A stretch of DNA of 64,000 bases from Cirrosporium novae-zelandiae. Taxonomy: Eukaryota. Positions 1 to 14,800 of the stretch are shown here, one piece after another. The notes below the pieces were generated by a model. It did not search any database and had not been told where the DNA came from. It saw only the letters and a list, made by a program, of their open reading frames with translations. A program made the position numbers and the translations under genes. Position 1 is the first letter of the stretch, and the number at the start of each line of letters is the position of its first letter. The stretch spans positions 682,001 to 746,000 of the forward strand of contig JAPETS010000002.1 in the NCBI GenBank assembly GCA_026023565.1. The letters run 5' to 3'.

Positions 1-1152
1 GCATTTTGTTTAAAGATCTTAGGATGAAAAAGTTAGTTTGATTCAAAATTCAATTGAAAGAAAAATTTCGTTGAACAGTTCAAATAGTCCCCTTTGGAGG
101 TTTTATGAGTCGGGCCTTACCGAGTTACACCGACCTTATAAGCCCCGAGGAATAGACTGACTCTCAGTCAGATATGGAAGGTGAAACTGTCAATTGGGTA
201 ACAGTGGCTGGATTTATTCCGTCACATATGTGGAAGTAAACAAAGTAGTAATAAAGGGGAAAAGGACTCAGATGTTTGAAAATGAGGTGAAACCTTTTCC
301 TTATTAAGTAGCCATTGGGAATTTTGTTCAAGTAGAATCGAATGAAAGAAAAGCCACATCTTAAGAACAGTCTTCGCACAAGGTAATTAATGACTACAGG
401 AATTTTCAGATATGGGACTCTAATACAGGACGTGTACCAGCTGTATGAGCCAGCTGCGACAAGGGGATGAGATAGTAGACATTTTCATAAGGCTGAAGGC
501 GTGGGGATATCAAGAAGAGGACTCCAATCAGTGGAAAGAATTGAGATAATTGCATATGGGGTAAAGGAGGACATGGAAAAGATAATAGAGAGCTGAAGTC
601 AGCTTCTTGGATGCTTCTGTTCAGCTGAGCCCCATTTTAGTTGCATATATGGATTTTATTGAAAATCAGTGGACCAATGGTTCGGATGATAGGATGGATG
701 GATAAGCACAAAGTTTGGAAGGATTCCATATTGCTATGCCCTTGTTGCTTTTTTCTCTCTTGTCAATGAGTCAATGAGAGGCAGAGTATTATTAACATTC
801 TGGGGTCTTTGGAGCTCCGAGGGAGGATTGTTGGTGATATCAGACCTGCAAGCCCAATGTGGCAATGTGACAAGAGTTGCTAATTGTAGAGAGAGTGGAG
901 AGTGGAGAGTTCTTTTTAGTTAAGCCTCGGCATCTAGATTCGGAGACACCGATGTAACCGGATTACCCTAACTATGTAATTATGTACTGTAAGTAACAGC
1001 CCTCTTTCTTCTCCAGCAAACAAGGGCAGGTGGAGAAGAAGAGCGGTCTGTTGGTCTGTGCATTATCCCCCGTGTCCCCCTCTAGAATCATGATCTCTAC
1101 AGTAGAATGATATCGAGTCCTTCTTGTCTACATCTACCCAGTACCCAGCAAC

Positions 1153-1182
1153 ACCTAATTACTGTAACTACAGTAATTAGGT
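1153..1182. repeat. Perfect inverted repeat, 14-bp arms with a 2-nt spacer
   Basis: ACCTAATTACTGTA-ac-TACAGTAATTAGGT; the arms are exact reverse complements. Confidence 0.9.
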
Positions 1183-1229
1183 AACCCAGTCTAGTCCTAC
1201 TCTTGACTAGTCACTTTTATTATTCAGAC

Positions 1230-1327
1230 CGAACACAACAAACGGCCAAGCTTCCTCGGTCTCAACGAACCACGAACACAACAAACGGCCAAGCTTCCTC
1301 GGTCTCAACGAACCACGAACTCAACAA
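1230..1327. repeat. Tandem direct repeat, 43-bp unit, 2 exact copies plus a partial third
   Basis: CGAACACAACAAACGGCCAAGCTTCCTCGGTCTCAACGAACCA at 1230 and 1273, then a degenerate CGAACTCAACAA at 1316. Confidence 0.95.
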
Positions 1328-1450
1328 CGAATGGCTGAAGTGGTGAGCCATACAAACACGCCCTTGCGGGACCTTGCAACATTTTGAAGAAATGGACATA
1401 ACATGAAAAGAATGTGAATGCATCGCCAGCCTTCTGCATAGTCAGCCAAA

Positions 1451-4400
1451 ATGCTCTCCGCCTTTACTGCTCGCCCAATCGTCGAGCTACGCCAACGCGA
1501 TAAATCCAAGATCGAATCTTTGCTTGCTTATGGTGAGCTCTTCCACCTATATTCCTAGACCTACAGATAGAGACTCACATTATTCAGGTGATCGGATCCT
1601 TGTCGGTCTGAATAGCGGTAGCCTCAGAATATACCGAGTCCTTGAAGTATCAGATGATGCTCCCGTCAAGAATACCGCGAACTCCGAAGACAACAGTTCT
1701 GAACCACCACCAAAGCCTCGACCGAACGAACTTCTTCGAGAGCAGGAAAGGTTTTCCAGACATAAGATCGAACAGCTCGCTATAATTAAAGAAGCAAATA
1801 TACTTGTTTCACTTTCGAATGGCTATGTCTCCCTTCACGATTTGCAAACCTATGACCTACAGCAGCAGCTCAGCAAGACAAGAGGTGCCGTTGCCTTTGC
1901 TGTGACATCAAATATCGAAAGAGATGAAGCCACAGATATTCCTTCTATAGTATCTAGGTTAGCAGTGGCAGTGAAACGAAGGCTGCTGCTGTGGACATGG
2001 CGAGACATGGAATTATCACCAGAAAATGCTGAGATTGCCCTTGCCAGCAGCATCAAAACGCTAACCTGGGCTACGGGTACTAAGATTGTTGCTGGCCTAA
2101 GCTCAAGCTACGTCCTAGTTGACGTGGAAAGCCAGACCATCTCGGACATCGTTGGACCAGGAAGTATTGGCGGAGCCTCAGGCCAAGAACCGAGTAGACT
2201 GGTTGGTGTGGCAAGTATGGGATATATAGGTATGGGTGGTATGGCACCTAAGCCACTGGCAACACAATTAAATGAGGGCCAAATGTTACTGGCAAAAGAT
2301 ATAAATACTCTTTTCATTGACACTGAAGGCAACTCTTTACAAAGAAGACAGATTCCATGGTCAACTGCCCCAGATGCAGTTGGATATTCGTACCCTTACC
2401 TTTTAGCTCTACAAGTAGCTGCAAAAGGCACCTTGGAGCTCCGAAACCCAGAAACTCTGACTTTACTGCAATCAATTGCCTTGCAAAATGCAAAGATGCT
2501 ACATGTTCCGCAGCCAAACGTTAGCTTAGCTCATGCTGGGAAAGGCTTCCTTGTGGCTAGTGACCGAGCAATTTGGCGAATGGAGGCTTTGGATTACGAC
2601 TCTCAGATTGATGCTTTGGTTGACAAAGGCATATATGATGAAGCAATCAGTTTACTTGGAATGCTTGAAGATGCTCTTGTCAAAGACAAGCAGATAAGAC
2701 TACGGGAAATAAAGATGTTGAAGGCTGAAGTTCTTTTTTCCCAGCAGAAATATCGTCAGTCGCTCGATTTATTCACTAAGGTTGCCGCTCCGCCAGGAAG
2801 AGTTATTAAGCTCTATCCGAAGCTCATCGCGGGAGATTTATCAACTAGAGAGGAAACACAGCGGCAGCAATCAGAATCGGAACAATCACCCGAAGTAGAT
2901 GGTCTTGCCGAAGCTTCTCAAGCGCCTGCGACCCCCGTATTATCGGCGGTCAAGGCTATCAAAAGAGAAGAGCAGGACGGTACAAGCGATGCATCCAGTA
3001 TTCGATCAAAAGCCGAATCTTTAAATGCCGAGAAACCTTTAGGTAAGTGCTACGGTAAGCCTTCAAATTCCGTGATCGTGTTTGCTCACACAAACTACAG
3101 AAGGAAAAGATCTCAAGAAGGCTGTTCTCGAACTTCAAGCCTTCCTTGCCAGCACTCGAACAAAATTACAAAGATATCTTAACTATGACGGAACACTTAA
3201 GGACGCACCAGATTCGTATCAAAACGGCGAAACCGTAGACCTGAATATTGCTTACCAGGAGCTCGTAGGAAGTGATGGTGTGGTTACAGACGAAGATCGT
3301 GCACACAAATTTCTTGAAACTGCCAAGCTTGTCGACACAACCCTATTTCGAGCCTACATGTACGCCATCCCATCTTTAGCAGGCTCACTCTTTCGTATTC
3401 CCAATTTCTGTGATCCCGAGGTCGTGAATGAAAAGTTACAAGAAAATGGAAGGTACAATGACTTAATCGATTTTTACTTTGGGAAGTCGCTTCATCGACC
3501 AGCTTTAGAACTTCTCCGTCAATTCGGCGAGGCTGAAGAGAAAGATGAGAATGCACCCCAATTGCATGGTCCTAAGAGGACTGTTGGCTACCTCCAAAAC
3601 CTACCACCGGAAAAAATTGATCTTATATTAGAATTTGCGGAATGGCCTTTGCAGGTGGATCCAGACCTTGGCATGGAAATATTCCTGGCTGACACAGAGA
3701 ATGCCGAAACTCTTCCTCGAGATACGGTTCTTACATTTCTGGAAAACATGGATCTTCGCCTTGCAGTTAGATACCTGGAACATGTCATTAACGAACTAGA
3801 CGACTTAACCCCAGATCTCCATCAACGCTTGATAACCATGTATCTCGAAATGCTCAAACGCAAAGTTGACTCCTCTGCGGAATTACCCTCCTCCGAAAAA
3901 GAGCAGGAGGAACGTGAACACTGGAAATCTAAATTCCTTGATCTTCTCGAGAAAGGCCAATACTCACCTGCTAAAATGCTTGGCCTGCTCCCACGAGATG
4001 ACCCTCATTTTTACGAAGCACGAGCTATTGTGCTTAGTAAGATGGGGCAGCATAAGCAAGCACTTGAAATTTACGTGTTCAAGCTAGAAGATCCGGAAAA
4101 GGCCGAAGAATACTGTAATCGGATTCATCTTGCTGAAACGACCACGCCAAGTCAAGTTCATCTGATTAGTGTGCCACGATCTGGGAGTATAGATCCGATT
4201 TCAGAGACCTCGTCTATTTACCACACACTTCTAGGTCTATACCTATCACCCCCTCATCCGTACATCCCTCAAATTAACCCCGCCCTTTCTCTACTTTCGA
4301 AACATGGGTCCCGTCTCCCAGCGTCCTCGACCCTCAATCTCATACCAGAGACACTTCCCATTAAGGACTTGGAATTTTATTTCAGAGGAAGAATCAGATC

Positions 4401-4710
4401 GTCAAATACTATTTTCAATCTTGCGAGGATGGAGGCCGGGTTGAGGAAAAGTGAAGTGGTTAAGGCACAAGCAGCACTCTTGTTGGGAGATGGGCTCTCT
4501 CCTGGAAGTAAAGGAAGAAATCGCAGAGCTACCATTGATGAGGAGCGAGTTTGTGGGGTTTGTCATAAGCGGTTGGGAGGAAGCGTCATCAGCATTTTTC
4601 CTGAGTGAGTACTCTTCAGTGATATCTCTATAATCCCATCCATCTGACAAGATTGTAGTAATGCTGTCGTACATCTCGGGTGCGCGAATCGACGACCAAT
4701 TTTCTCATAA
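1451..4710 (+). CDS. VPS39: Vacuolar sorting/HOPS subunit Vam6/Vps39 (CNH domain, clathrin-like repeat, C-terminal Zn-finger remnant)
   Basis: ATG 1451 gives MLSAFTARPIVELRQRDKSKIESLLAYGDRILVG. GT-AG introns 1533-1587, 3043-3100 and 4605-4658 join the ORFs in frame. Motifs VDTTLFRAYM and CGVCHKRLGGSVISIFPDNAVVHLGC; stop TAA 4708-4710. Confidence 0.95.
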
Positions 4711-5823
4711 TATTGCTACAAATGATGTTCGGAACATTTCTTTTTGGTAAAGAACAAATAGGAGCGTAGTGACATTAAATTAGGGGGAGAAAGTGATTCT
4801 TACATATTTTTTGTTGATACCCATGTCAAACATAGATAAACTTTATAGATGCATTCCTTAGTGGCGGCTTTTGTGTTGTCCTCTAAATATTGCAGAGATG
4901 TAGGCCTTACCACGCTCTATATTGCTTTGTGGTTGCATGTGTATAAGATTAATGTTAATGGTGTTGTAGTGATTGAATCCATAGCATGTTGATAGCCATC
5001 TAGCATTGAAGCCATAAAAGAATATTTAAGTAGACTAGCATACTAGATTAACAACATGAAACTCTCTTTAATGGGGGCTACTTGGATGAAAGAGAGGTTA
5101 GATTTGATAATGTAGATACCTAGTAGTCTATATTATTAGCTGAAGAGTGGATGTAGAAATAACCGACGCCTGGGTAAAAGCGATAACACTGAGGTCAATC
5201 TCACGTGTAACCTGGCGCTTGTAAGCGGGGGAAATTGAATATTCCGAATTTTTTTAGCTGCGGGTTGACGGTTAACAAGGGTAGTAGTGACATTCAACAG
5301 AGCGCGTTTAACTCATCAGAGCTGGCAAAGCTACCACTTTCTTCAAAATTCTTTCAATTCAACCACTACACCTCCTTCGCATCTAATACCTATCCTCCAT
5401 CCTCTTCGCGAGTTCATCTAGTAGACCTGTTGTTCAAAGAAACATCCAACCAAGGCTGCAAGAAAAGCGACCTGCACCGTTCTTTTTCTTGCATTGGTTT
5501 TAAGGCTACCTACCCACAACTAACATCCCAGAACCTTCACTGTTCTCCTAGCAACAACTTAACCTCATATCATTGCCACTACCTTCCGAATTCACTTTAT
5601 ACTGAGCTTGTCTAATTCAACATCTCTTCCGGCTACTTCGCTTGAGCCTCTAACGTAATATACAAAACTCATCGGTGCTCATTAAATTTACATTTCCCCA
5701 CCTTCCTTTTTGGCTCGCTCACCTGAGGAATATCATCCTCCGTGTGTTCTGACAGGTTTCATGCGAGCTTGAGTGAGCTCTTCGAACTTCCCATGAGTGG
5801 ATTCTTAGAAAGATATAGCTATC

Positions 5824-8800
5824 ATGGGCCGAATCAGAAAGGTGGCGGGGCCTAAGCATGAGGCGACTTTGGTATGTTGGCAAACCTATCTATTAACCCA
5901 ACCGATCTTGGCTAACATAGAGTTCGTATAGTCTCCTGCTCTCGCATCTTTTGTATCCGGTTCTATTTCTTTACCCTTGGCTCGATTACCATCCTATCTG
6001 AGCAACTTCCCGAAGAGATGGCCTTTTCCAAGAGGCGATTTATACCACTGGATACCCTTACTAAACCGCTTCGATCAGATCCTCGAGAGTTTCATTCGTG
6101 AATATGGTTTGCAGACGGACCCACAGACAGTACCTTTCTCTACTCTGCTCTTGGTCAAAGGAGTTCCTTCGGAAAATAACCTTGAAGAACTTGAAGGTGG
6201 ATCCTCTGAATCTGTAATCCAAGAGCTAGGATTTGGGATAGAAGGCGATAGAGAACTCGTGGAGTCGATTCTCTCCTTCTCAAAACTCTTACTTGAGAAC
6301 TGTGGAAACCGAAGCCTGTATAACAGCAGTGAGCGCTTAAGCTCTATCCTGAATACAATATCTCTTACACTCGTTTCTTCAACACTACGCCTAAGTCTTC
6401 GGCTTGCTCAACGCTACTATGCCTCACGCCCACGGATAAGTAATCCTCAGGGGCTCTCACAAAGTCACCTTGCCCTTCACTACAATATCGACCTCGGCAA
6501 TGTGGAGAAGCTAGCTGCGCCATTCTCAAAACCTGTATCATCTACAGGGCTGTCACCAGTCTCAACCCCTACTGTAACACCTAGTGGAAAGGGAAAGGAG
6601 AGGTATTTCTTAAATACTTCTTCTGGAGTGAGGCCCGGCGCTGGTAGTCATGCGAACAACTTTGTATCCTTAGCCAGGTCATATCCCGATGAGAACTCAT
6701 TTACTCCTTCAAGCGCAAAAGAAAAGCCATCGGTCCCTTTGCCAGGTGATGAGATGAGCTGGGAAGATTGGGGCTCAGTGCGCCTTCTTTACTATGGCAA
6801 GTCTCAGGGGGGCAAAGAGCACGTGAAAAAAAGCGAACATAGCTCTGGCCATGGTTCTCATACTCCTTCAAGCCCATCCCCCCCAAGCCGAAGGGCCTCG
6901 GGACTTGGTGCTAACCATACTAGTCGACCTAGCCGTTTGTCACACACAGATGATCCTGCATTGCATAATACTTCATCGCCTACAAAGCTCATCGAAGGCT
7001 CAAATGAGGGTTTAAGGACAATGGAAATCCCATACACCGAGATTTCTACCACACCACTTCATCAGATTTTGGGCTCAAAACTAGCAGAGGTACCAGAAGA
7101 ATATCACTATGAACTGCTGAATAGGCTTCGCATTGCCTATGGCCTGAGTCACTCACTTTCCTCACGTCGAGAGATCCTTGCTATTCGTATTTTGGCCGTT
7201 ACTAATCTTGCTTACATCTATCCAGACAACATGTTCCAGCAAAAAGTACTACAACAAGAGGCCGACGAACCTAGAAGCCTACAGTTTATCAATCAGCTAG
7301 CCCAACTGGTACAATCCGCTGGCAAAGACAACGATGGGATTCCTCGCGAATTGCAAACTCTCGCACTCATCGCCTTGAACGCTCTCGCCAACCACAGAAC
7401 CAAATCGATTGATGTCTGCAATGCCCTGAGTATTAATGTTAGCCATGGTGTGCTTCTTTACGTGACTCGCAAAGCGTTGGCCGACCTTGGCACGGACGAT
7501 GAAGACCTGGCTGCGGATGAATGGCGAGATGCTCTATTTGCGATACTCGATACTTTACCTAGCATTGGAAATCGAACCGGCGATTCCCTTGTTCAGGCGG
7601 GCCTAATTCAAGTTCTAGTAGAGATGCTGAAACTCCGGACCCCCAAAGCTGAACAAACACACCCAAAAATTCTCTCTTTCTTTGATAACTTCGTGCATAG
7701 TTTTCGAGATGCTTTCTCTACTCTCACAAATGCGAGAGGTCTCGATATCATGGCTGACTTGGTGGCCTATGAAGTCCAGTCAGCTTTTGAACGTGCGAAA
7801 AATGGCGAAGGTATTCATGACGAGCATCGAACTCGAGTACTCGATTACCAAATACCATTCTTCCAGCAACAGACGCTCCGTTCCTTGTTCAAGTTCTTCC
7901 ACCACCTAATGCAACATAGTGGAGGCGGGTTTGACCGTCTAATCCGAAATCTTATTGACTCCCCTCAACTTCTAACTGCGCTACGAACGATATTTGGCCA
8001 TGCTCATGTTTTCGGCTCTACGGTATGGAGTGGCGCTGTTAACGTTCTCACTGCTTTTATTCACAACGAGCCGACGAGCTATGCTGTCATTGCTGAGGCT
8101 GGTCTTAGTAAAGTGTTATTAGAAGCCGTGACTATGTCCGAGATCACGGTACCTACCAAGCCTGAGAACGCTGATACAGGCGATGGCATGAACGATAATA
8201 CCCTGGATTCAACAAATGAAAAAAGTCCGCAACAGAAACGAGGCAGACTTGATATACTTGGAGCTCAAAACAGGGCCCCCGCTCAAGGAATTCTTCCTGC
8301 CTCAGATGCTATTTCGGCTGTTCCTGAAGCCTTTGGTGCCATCTGCTTACATTCATCAGGACTCGAGTTGTTCAACGCATCAAATGCTTTCGAAAGCTTC
8401 TTTGAAATATTTGAAAGTCCTGAACATGTTAAGTGCATGGCTGCGGAAGCCTACCTGCTTCCCAAGCTAGGCTCAACATTCGACGAGCTGGTTCGGCACC
8501 ATCCAGAGTTAAAGGCAGCTGTCTTAAGCTCTCTGCTCATAGTGGCTCAGAGAGTTGGATCGCTTTGCTCAAAACGTGCAAGTGACCAGGGCATTGGCGC
8601 GCAACTCTATGTCGACGACCAAATTGACAACAAAGAGCCTGCGCTACGCGTGGCTGGTGGTGCGCGCGCTCTCCTTGGTGCTGCCGATAATTTTGCCAAG
8701 GACGATTTCAACCAAGCAAGCGGATACAAGTATAATGAAGACGTTGATATGAACGAAATAGAAACACCATCTCGCCAATCCCTGCCCACGCAACTCCCAT

Positions 8801-11800
8801 CATCCGAAGATGTACGTGTTACAGCGGATCAGTTAAAGGCAAACGATAAGGGCGTAAATGGACCGGTGACCGTAAACAACTATCTATTTGTCTTCCTTAG
8901 ATTTCTTGTCAGCCTCTTTGACAACCAATCGACAATGTGTCATTCATTTGTCGAAGCAGCAGGTGCAGAGATCATACTCGACTATACTACAATCTCTAGT
9001 CTGCAGCATGACTTCAATTCACATACGGCTCATACAGATCTTGCACGAGTCATTCATATGCTCACCGAGGTAAAGCCGCATCTAGTACTTCCATCTATCT
9101 TGCAACGTGCACAAGAGGCTATCAACCAACTGGATTCTTTTCTTGCTTACGAAAGTGGATCTTCCTTCTTCGATGCTCTGATAAATCCTCATGCGAAGAC
9201 AGATGACCCTTCTTTGCCTGTCAAAGAAGATTTGCTTAGGAATGGTACCGCTTATGTCAAGTCACTTGTTTCGATACACACCTTAACCAACATTCTTAGC
9301 GAGGTCTTTCTGCTAGACCCTTTGCCAAGCCGCATGTCTCCTAATCATAATATTTTTGGTCAAGTCAATCTTACAGATATGTATACGAAGCTCATAAAAA
9401 GCCTTGGAAAATTACGTAGCACGTGCTTCTGGGAAGATATTCTGATCCAGAGAAGTATTCCCGAGCAATGGCAAGAACATACGGGGTCTCGAGACAGATA
9501 CACAAGCCCCTTTCAAAACCTGGAACAGACGCTTGAGTCATTGACTAGGCGGACTCGAAACAACGATCCAAACGAAAACGCAGCTAAGAGTGCTGAACCT
9601 TCGAAGGGGAATGCTGGGGAAGAGAAACTACAACCGTTGCCAACAGAATCCGCAAAGTTCAAAAATACCCAAATTCTACGTCTCCTGCTGAACAAGATAC
9701 CAGTATCTATTACGTCTTTCTTCCAAGGATTAGGTAAAGCGCTAGCGCCAAAACGTCGAGAAACCCTCCTGCGGCAGAATGCTGCTGTGGTTGCTGGGGC
9801 CTTAGCTCAGGCCGCAGTTGACCAGCTGCAAGCTCCAGCTCCAGCCATGGCCGAGCGCGTGAAAGATCGATATTCCTTTTGGATTGACACTCTTAACAAC
9901 GTCGCAAAATTGCTCATCGACCATTCCCATTCTACTCCTGAACCTCATCCGGTGTGTCTTACAATGATCCTCTCGGCTTTTAAAAATGCTGGCGGTCTAA
10001 ATATCTTGAATGATATTCTCCGTTCCTTCCGGAATGAGGTTGTAAATCCCTCAAATATAGGGATGGAAACTTCTGGGGTCCCTGATGATGAGGGCCAACT
10101 TAAGCTTGCATATGAAGGCATGGAAATCATATCTGCATTATATGCAAAGATCACTCCAGGAAAGAACATCTCAGAGGCCCCACAAACAGGAATCATGTAT
10201 TGGGAAAATAGGTTGGATCAGGTTGTGCCTCAACAATTCATCGTAGACGTGCGATATGCAATTTTACCAGTTGTGCGTGAAATGTGGGAGTCTGCGCCTC
10301 TTCTAAAAGCCGACGATAACCTTATCAAGAGCATTATAGAGATCCTTCGCGCAATTCTGGAAGCAGACGAGGAGATGGGAGCTCGCAGACGTGCCGACAG
10401 CTCGAGTCCTAAAACCAATCAAACACCAAAGCTATTTACTTTCAATGATCGTCTTAGCCAGCTTACCGCGAAAGGCTTCGACGATGACTTAGCACGTGAA
10501 GCAATGTTTAGGTGCAACAATAACGTAGGACCTGCTGAAGAATATTGCAAGGCACATCATTCTTGCTCGCGTTTACCGAGGCTGCCGATCCCTGAGTCGG
10601 CTGTCGAACAGCCTGAACTATCTCGCACTACACTTGACCGAGAAGATTCGCAGGCTACAATCCCCGAGGCTTCAGAATCTCCACGCTCCGAGAATCATGT
10701 CCCTACAGCGGAGTCTCAAGTAGAAATCGAAGAGGCTGACAATGATCAATCATCTGAAACCCCCCCTCCAGCTCCAGGTATTCCCTCGGTAGGCGGCGAG
10801 GATTTGATGAGTATTGATAACGTGCTAAATGACTTTCCGATTGCTGCTCAACAACCCTCTGAGCAAGCTCAATTAACGGAAGAACAGTCATCCAAACTAA
10901 CAACAATCGATGACCTCGAGGATGAGCGCAAAGTAGTTCGGGACAGTCTGATTGATAATTGTTTAAACGTCTTAGAAAATCACAGCGGCATTACCTTTGA
11001 ACTAGCTGACCTTATTCGAACGGCAGCCTCCAAAGCCAGTGATTCTAAAGCCTTTAGAGGGGAAGTTGGTACAACTCTTGTGCAATCATTGGTATCTTTG
11101 CAGGTTGAAGACGACTACCAACCGGAAACAAAAGACATCAAGGATTGGGGCACCAAAGCTGCTGCGTACGCTAATCTCATAGGCCTAGCTATCCAAGAGA
11201 AGGCGATGTACGACGCTGCCCTAGATGAACTCAAAGCAAACTTTAGATCTCTACTTGTCTTTATCCGGGTCTTTCCAGAACAGCCAACAGAAGAATCATC
11301 GCCCTGGATTGGACAGGTCTTACTTATCATGGAGAGGCTTCTATCAGATGATGCACAACCGAGACAGATCAAATGGACTCCACCTTCAACCGAGAACGAC
11401 TGCAATCAAGCTCCGTTGGCCGAGGCAGAGCCACCTGTCGTACCTTTAGATGACAAGCTTGAGCTTTTCAAGGCGCTTATCGAAGTTCTACCTAAAGTTG
11501 GCAAAGACCAGTCTCTTGCTGAGTCTATCATTAGGACCCTTGTTTTCTTAACTAGGGAACGACAAATTGGTATAAAACTTGGTGAAAAGCGAAATATGCA
11601 AAGACTTTTCTTGATGATGAAGCAACTATCTGGAGCATCCAATCAACGTATTTTGAATAGCTTCATGATCGTATTGCGACATGTTATTGAGGACGAAGAT
11701 ACCATAAAACAGATCATGAAGACCGAAATCGTGGCTTATTTCATGGGTAGAAATAGACATATTGATATTACCGGCTACGTTCGGCAGATGTATCATCTAG

Positions 11801-14800
11801 TTCTTCGATCCCCAGAAACCTTCGTGGAAGTGACGAATGATGTTCTTCAACTTGACAGGTATGATCGAGGTTCGCGAACCCATCATTTGATTCTGAAACC
11901 AGCGGAGAAAATGGTTGAAGATGGGACCAAGTCAACACCCACCGCCGAACAGGCAGAAGTAGTACAGGGCCAGAATGAAGAAGACAAACAATCTGGGAAT
12001 CGGCCGTCTCCAGAAACGGATGAAGCAATGCTAGACAAAGCAAAGTCTCATGAAATGAAGGCACCAATAGTTGAGCATCCCGATGGCGTTATTCACTATA
12101 TACTTTGTGAGATCTTATCCTATAAGGATGTGGAGGATGCGGTGCCCCCATCCATGAAGAACCTGCGCAAGGATCATGCTGAGGATCAACCCGAACCTGG
12201 AGTTTCTAGGGACAGCTCTCCAAGTAGCCCATCTCAAAGTCCAGCGGTATCTTCTGAGGAACCGAAGGTGCAAAAGCAAGAATTCAAAGCTGAAGAACAT
12301 CCCATGTACATCTATAGATGTTTCTTACTCCAGTGCCTCACTGAACTATTATCATCGTATAATCGGACCAAAGTCGAATTCATTAACTTCTCCCGGAAAG
12401 CTGACCCTCAAGCCGCGACTCCTTCCAAACCTCGTTCCGGAGTCCTTAACTATCTTTTGAATGCCGTTATTCCAACTGGTACGACCAGTGCAGAGACAAT
12501 ACCAGATCAGAAGAAGGCCAACACTTCCAGTTGGGCTATGAAAGCTGTTGTCGCCTTGTGCACCAAGACTGGAGAGCATGGTCTAGGGCGAGCAAAGGAT
12601 TATGCTGATGAAGAAGATGAGCCTGATCTTACTTTCGTTCGGAAATTTGTCCTCGAGCATGCTCTTAAAGCCTACAAGGATGCCAGTTCATCCAATGAAT
12701 CGATGGATTCGAAATATGCCCGTATTATGTGTCTGGCAGACCTCTTTGACCACATGATTCATAAGAGAACTAACTCCGGAATGATACAAGAGGGCAACAC
12801 ACAGCTCACTTTCTCTCACAAGCAAGTTCAGAAGCTCATGATTGAGAAGAATTTCATTTCGGCATTGACCGCATCAATAGCTGACATTGACTTGAACTTC
12901 CCTGGTTCCAAGGAAACCGTGAAACACATATTACGGCCTTTGAACATTCTTACTCGTGCTGCTATAACTCTCAGTGAAACATCTAGCATAAACACCACGC
13001 CAGGACAGACTGATGCCGATGAAATATCTTCAGCCAGTTCAGTGTCGGATCGAGATGATGATAGGGAGCAAACTCCCGACCTGTTCCGAAATTCGACGTT
13101 GGGTATGCTTGACCTTCCACGTGATGAAGAGTCAAGTTCTGGATCATCTGCCGAGGAAGACGATGATGATATGTATGATGATGAATACGGTGATGAGATG
13201 GACTACGATGATGACATACCCGAAGATGATGACGAAGTTGTAAGTGATGAGGATGAACAGGTCGGTCCAGATGGAGGTCCTTTCGAAGGTCTTCCTGGCG
13301 ATGTTATGGACCTTGAAGTAGTCATTGATCATGGCGGTGACGAGGATGACGACGAAGATGATGATGAGGGTAGTGATGATGAAGATGATGATATGATGGA
13401 CGATGAGGATCTTGATGCCGCCGAAGAAATAGTAGGTGGAGATGGTGGAAGTCTCGACGGTGATGATGAAGACGAGTGGGAGAGTGAAGATGATCACGCG
13501 GATGACTATGATGGAGATCCTAGCGACGATGACCAACTTGAAGAAGATGATGACCCTGAAGGTCCGTTGGATGATATGCTTCAAGTTCTCGAAGAACCTG
13601 GCAGCATATTCGAACATATTGAGTCAGGCGCACCAATAGACCGACCGCCAATAGAGTACATGGAGGACGATATGGGTGAAAACGATGATGACGACGATGA
13701 TGAAGAAGAAGACATGGACGAAGATGTTGCCTTGGAACCGGAATGGGACGGTACGTTCTTGATTCATTTCTGGACTATATGCGTCTTTTTACTAACCTTT
13801 GGTAGAAGAAGACGAATTCGATGCTCTTCCTCCCGCTCCTTGGAACTTTGATCCTAACGAACCATTTATTATGCCCCCAAGAGGTCAGCATCCTTTCCAA
13901 AGCCCTCCTAGCCCTTGGTCTATATTCCCACCAGGCGATAGAGGCATGTTTGGTAGGCATTCGCCATCTAACAGATCATTAATTACTGACACCTTTCACT
14001 AGGGTTACCTCATTACCGTTCTCATCGTTCATCTACTCGTCATTCTGACGATGGAGCCAATCCACTTCTTCATCGCAGAGACCGTACTACCGGACGCCCG
14101 TCAGGAGGGATATCTTCGCTCCTTCGCGAAGAAGGTTCTCGCCGACTAGGTTATATGCTTGATCCGGCTGAAGGTTTCATTGTACCCCCTATAGACGCTC
14201 CCGCCACCATAGTCAGTACTCTCATGTCTGCTGTCAGTCGCGGCACGTTTCCAATACGACAGCAAGGAGGCTCTTTCCAAGTCCATCTCAACGTCGGTCC
14301 TGGCGGTACTCTCCCAAGACAGATTCAAGCCATACTAGGACTACAGCCACCACCACAAGCTGAAGCTCCTCGATATCGAGATGACCCTACCCATGCAGTC
14401 ACCTTCACTCCTGATAATACTACATCTCGGTGGCAGGAGGAAGCAAGAATTATGTTTAACCCAAACTATGCCGAAAAGTGTCAGAGGGTCATTAATTCGA
14501 TCCTCCGCTTAATGGTCCCGCCTGCTATGGAGGAAGAACGGATCCGGAAGGAGAAAGAAGCAGAGGAAAAGAAGAGGCGCGAAGAAGAAATAGCTAAAAA
14601 GGCAGAAGAGGAACGCATTGCAAGAGAAAAGCGTGAACAAGAAGAGAGAGAACGGAAGGAAAGAGAAGAACGAGAGGCTGTAGAAAAGGCTGCCGCGCAA
14701 GCAGAAGAGGAGGCTGCACGAGCAAGGGAAGTGGGTGCTGCTAGTGCAGATGCAGGAACCTCTGGGGGTCCCGAGGCAATGGAAGGTGTCGAACCATCAA

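Noticed and set aside
430..760. RIP-decayed ORF at the window start
   Set aside because: Five stops in about 105 codons is close to chance, and no protein motif was recognised.
1230..1327. 43-bp repeats as a CRISPR array
   Set aside because: The units abut with no spacers, there are only two copies, the DNA is eukaryotic and no cas genes are present.
13144..13617. Hydrophobic Ile-rich antisense ORF, and similar shadow ORFs throughout
   Set aside because: It is the reverse complement of the GAT/GAA acidic tract of TOM1; the others likewise shadow real genes.
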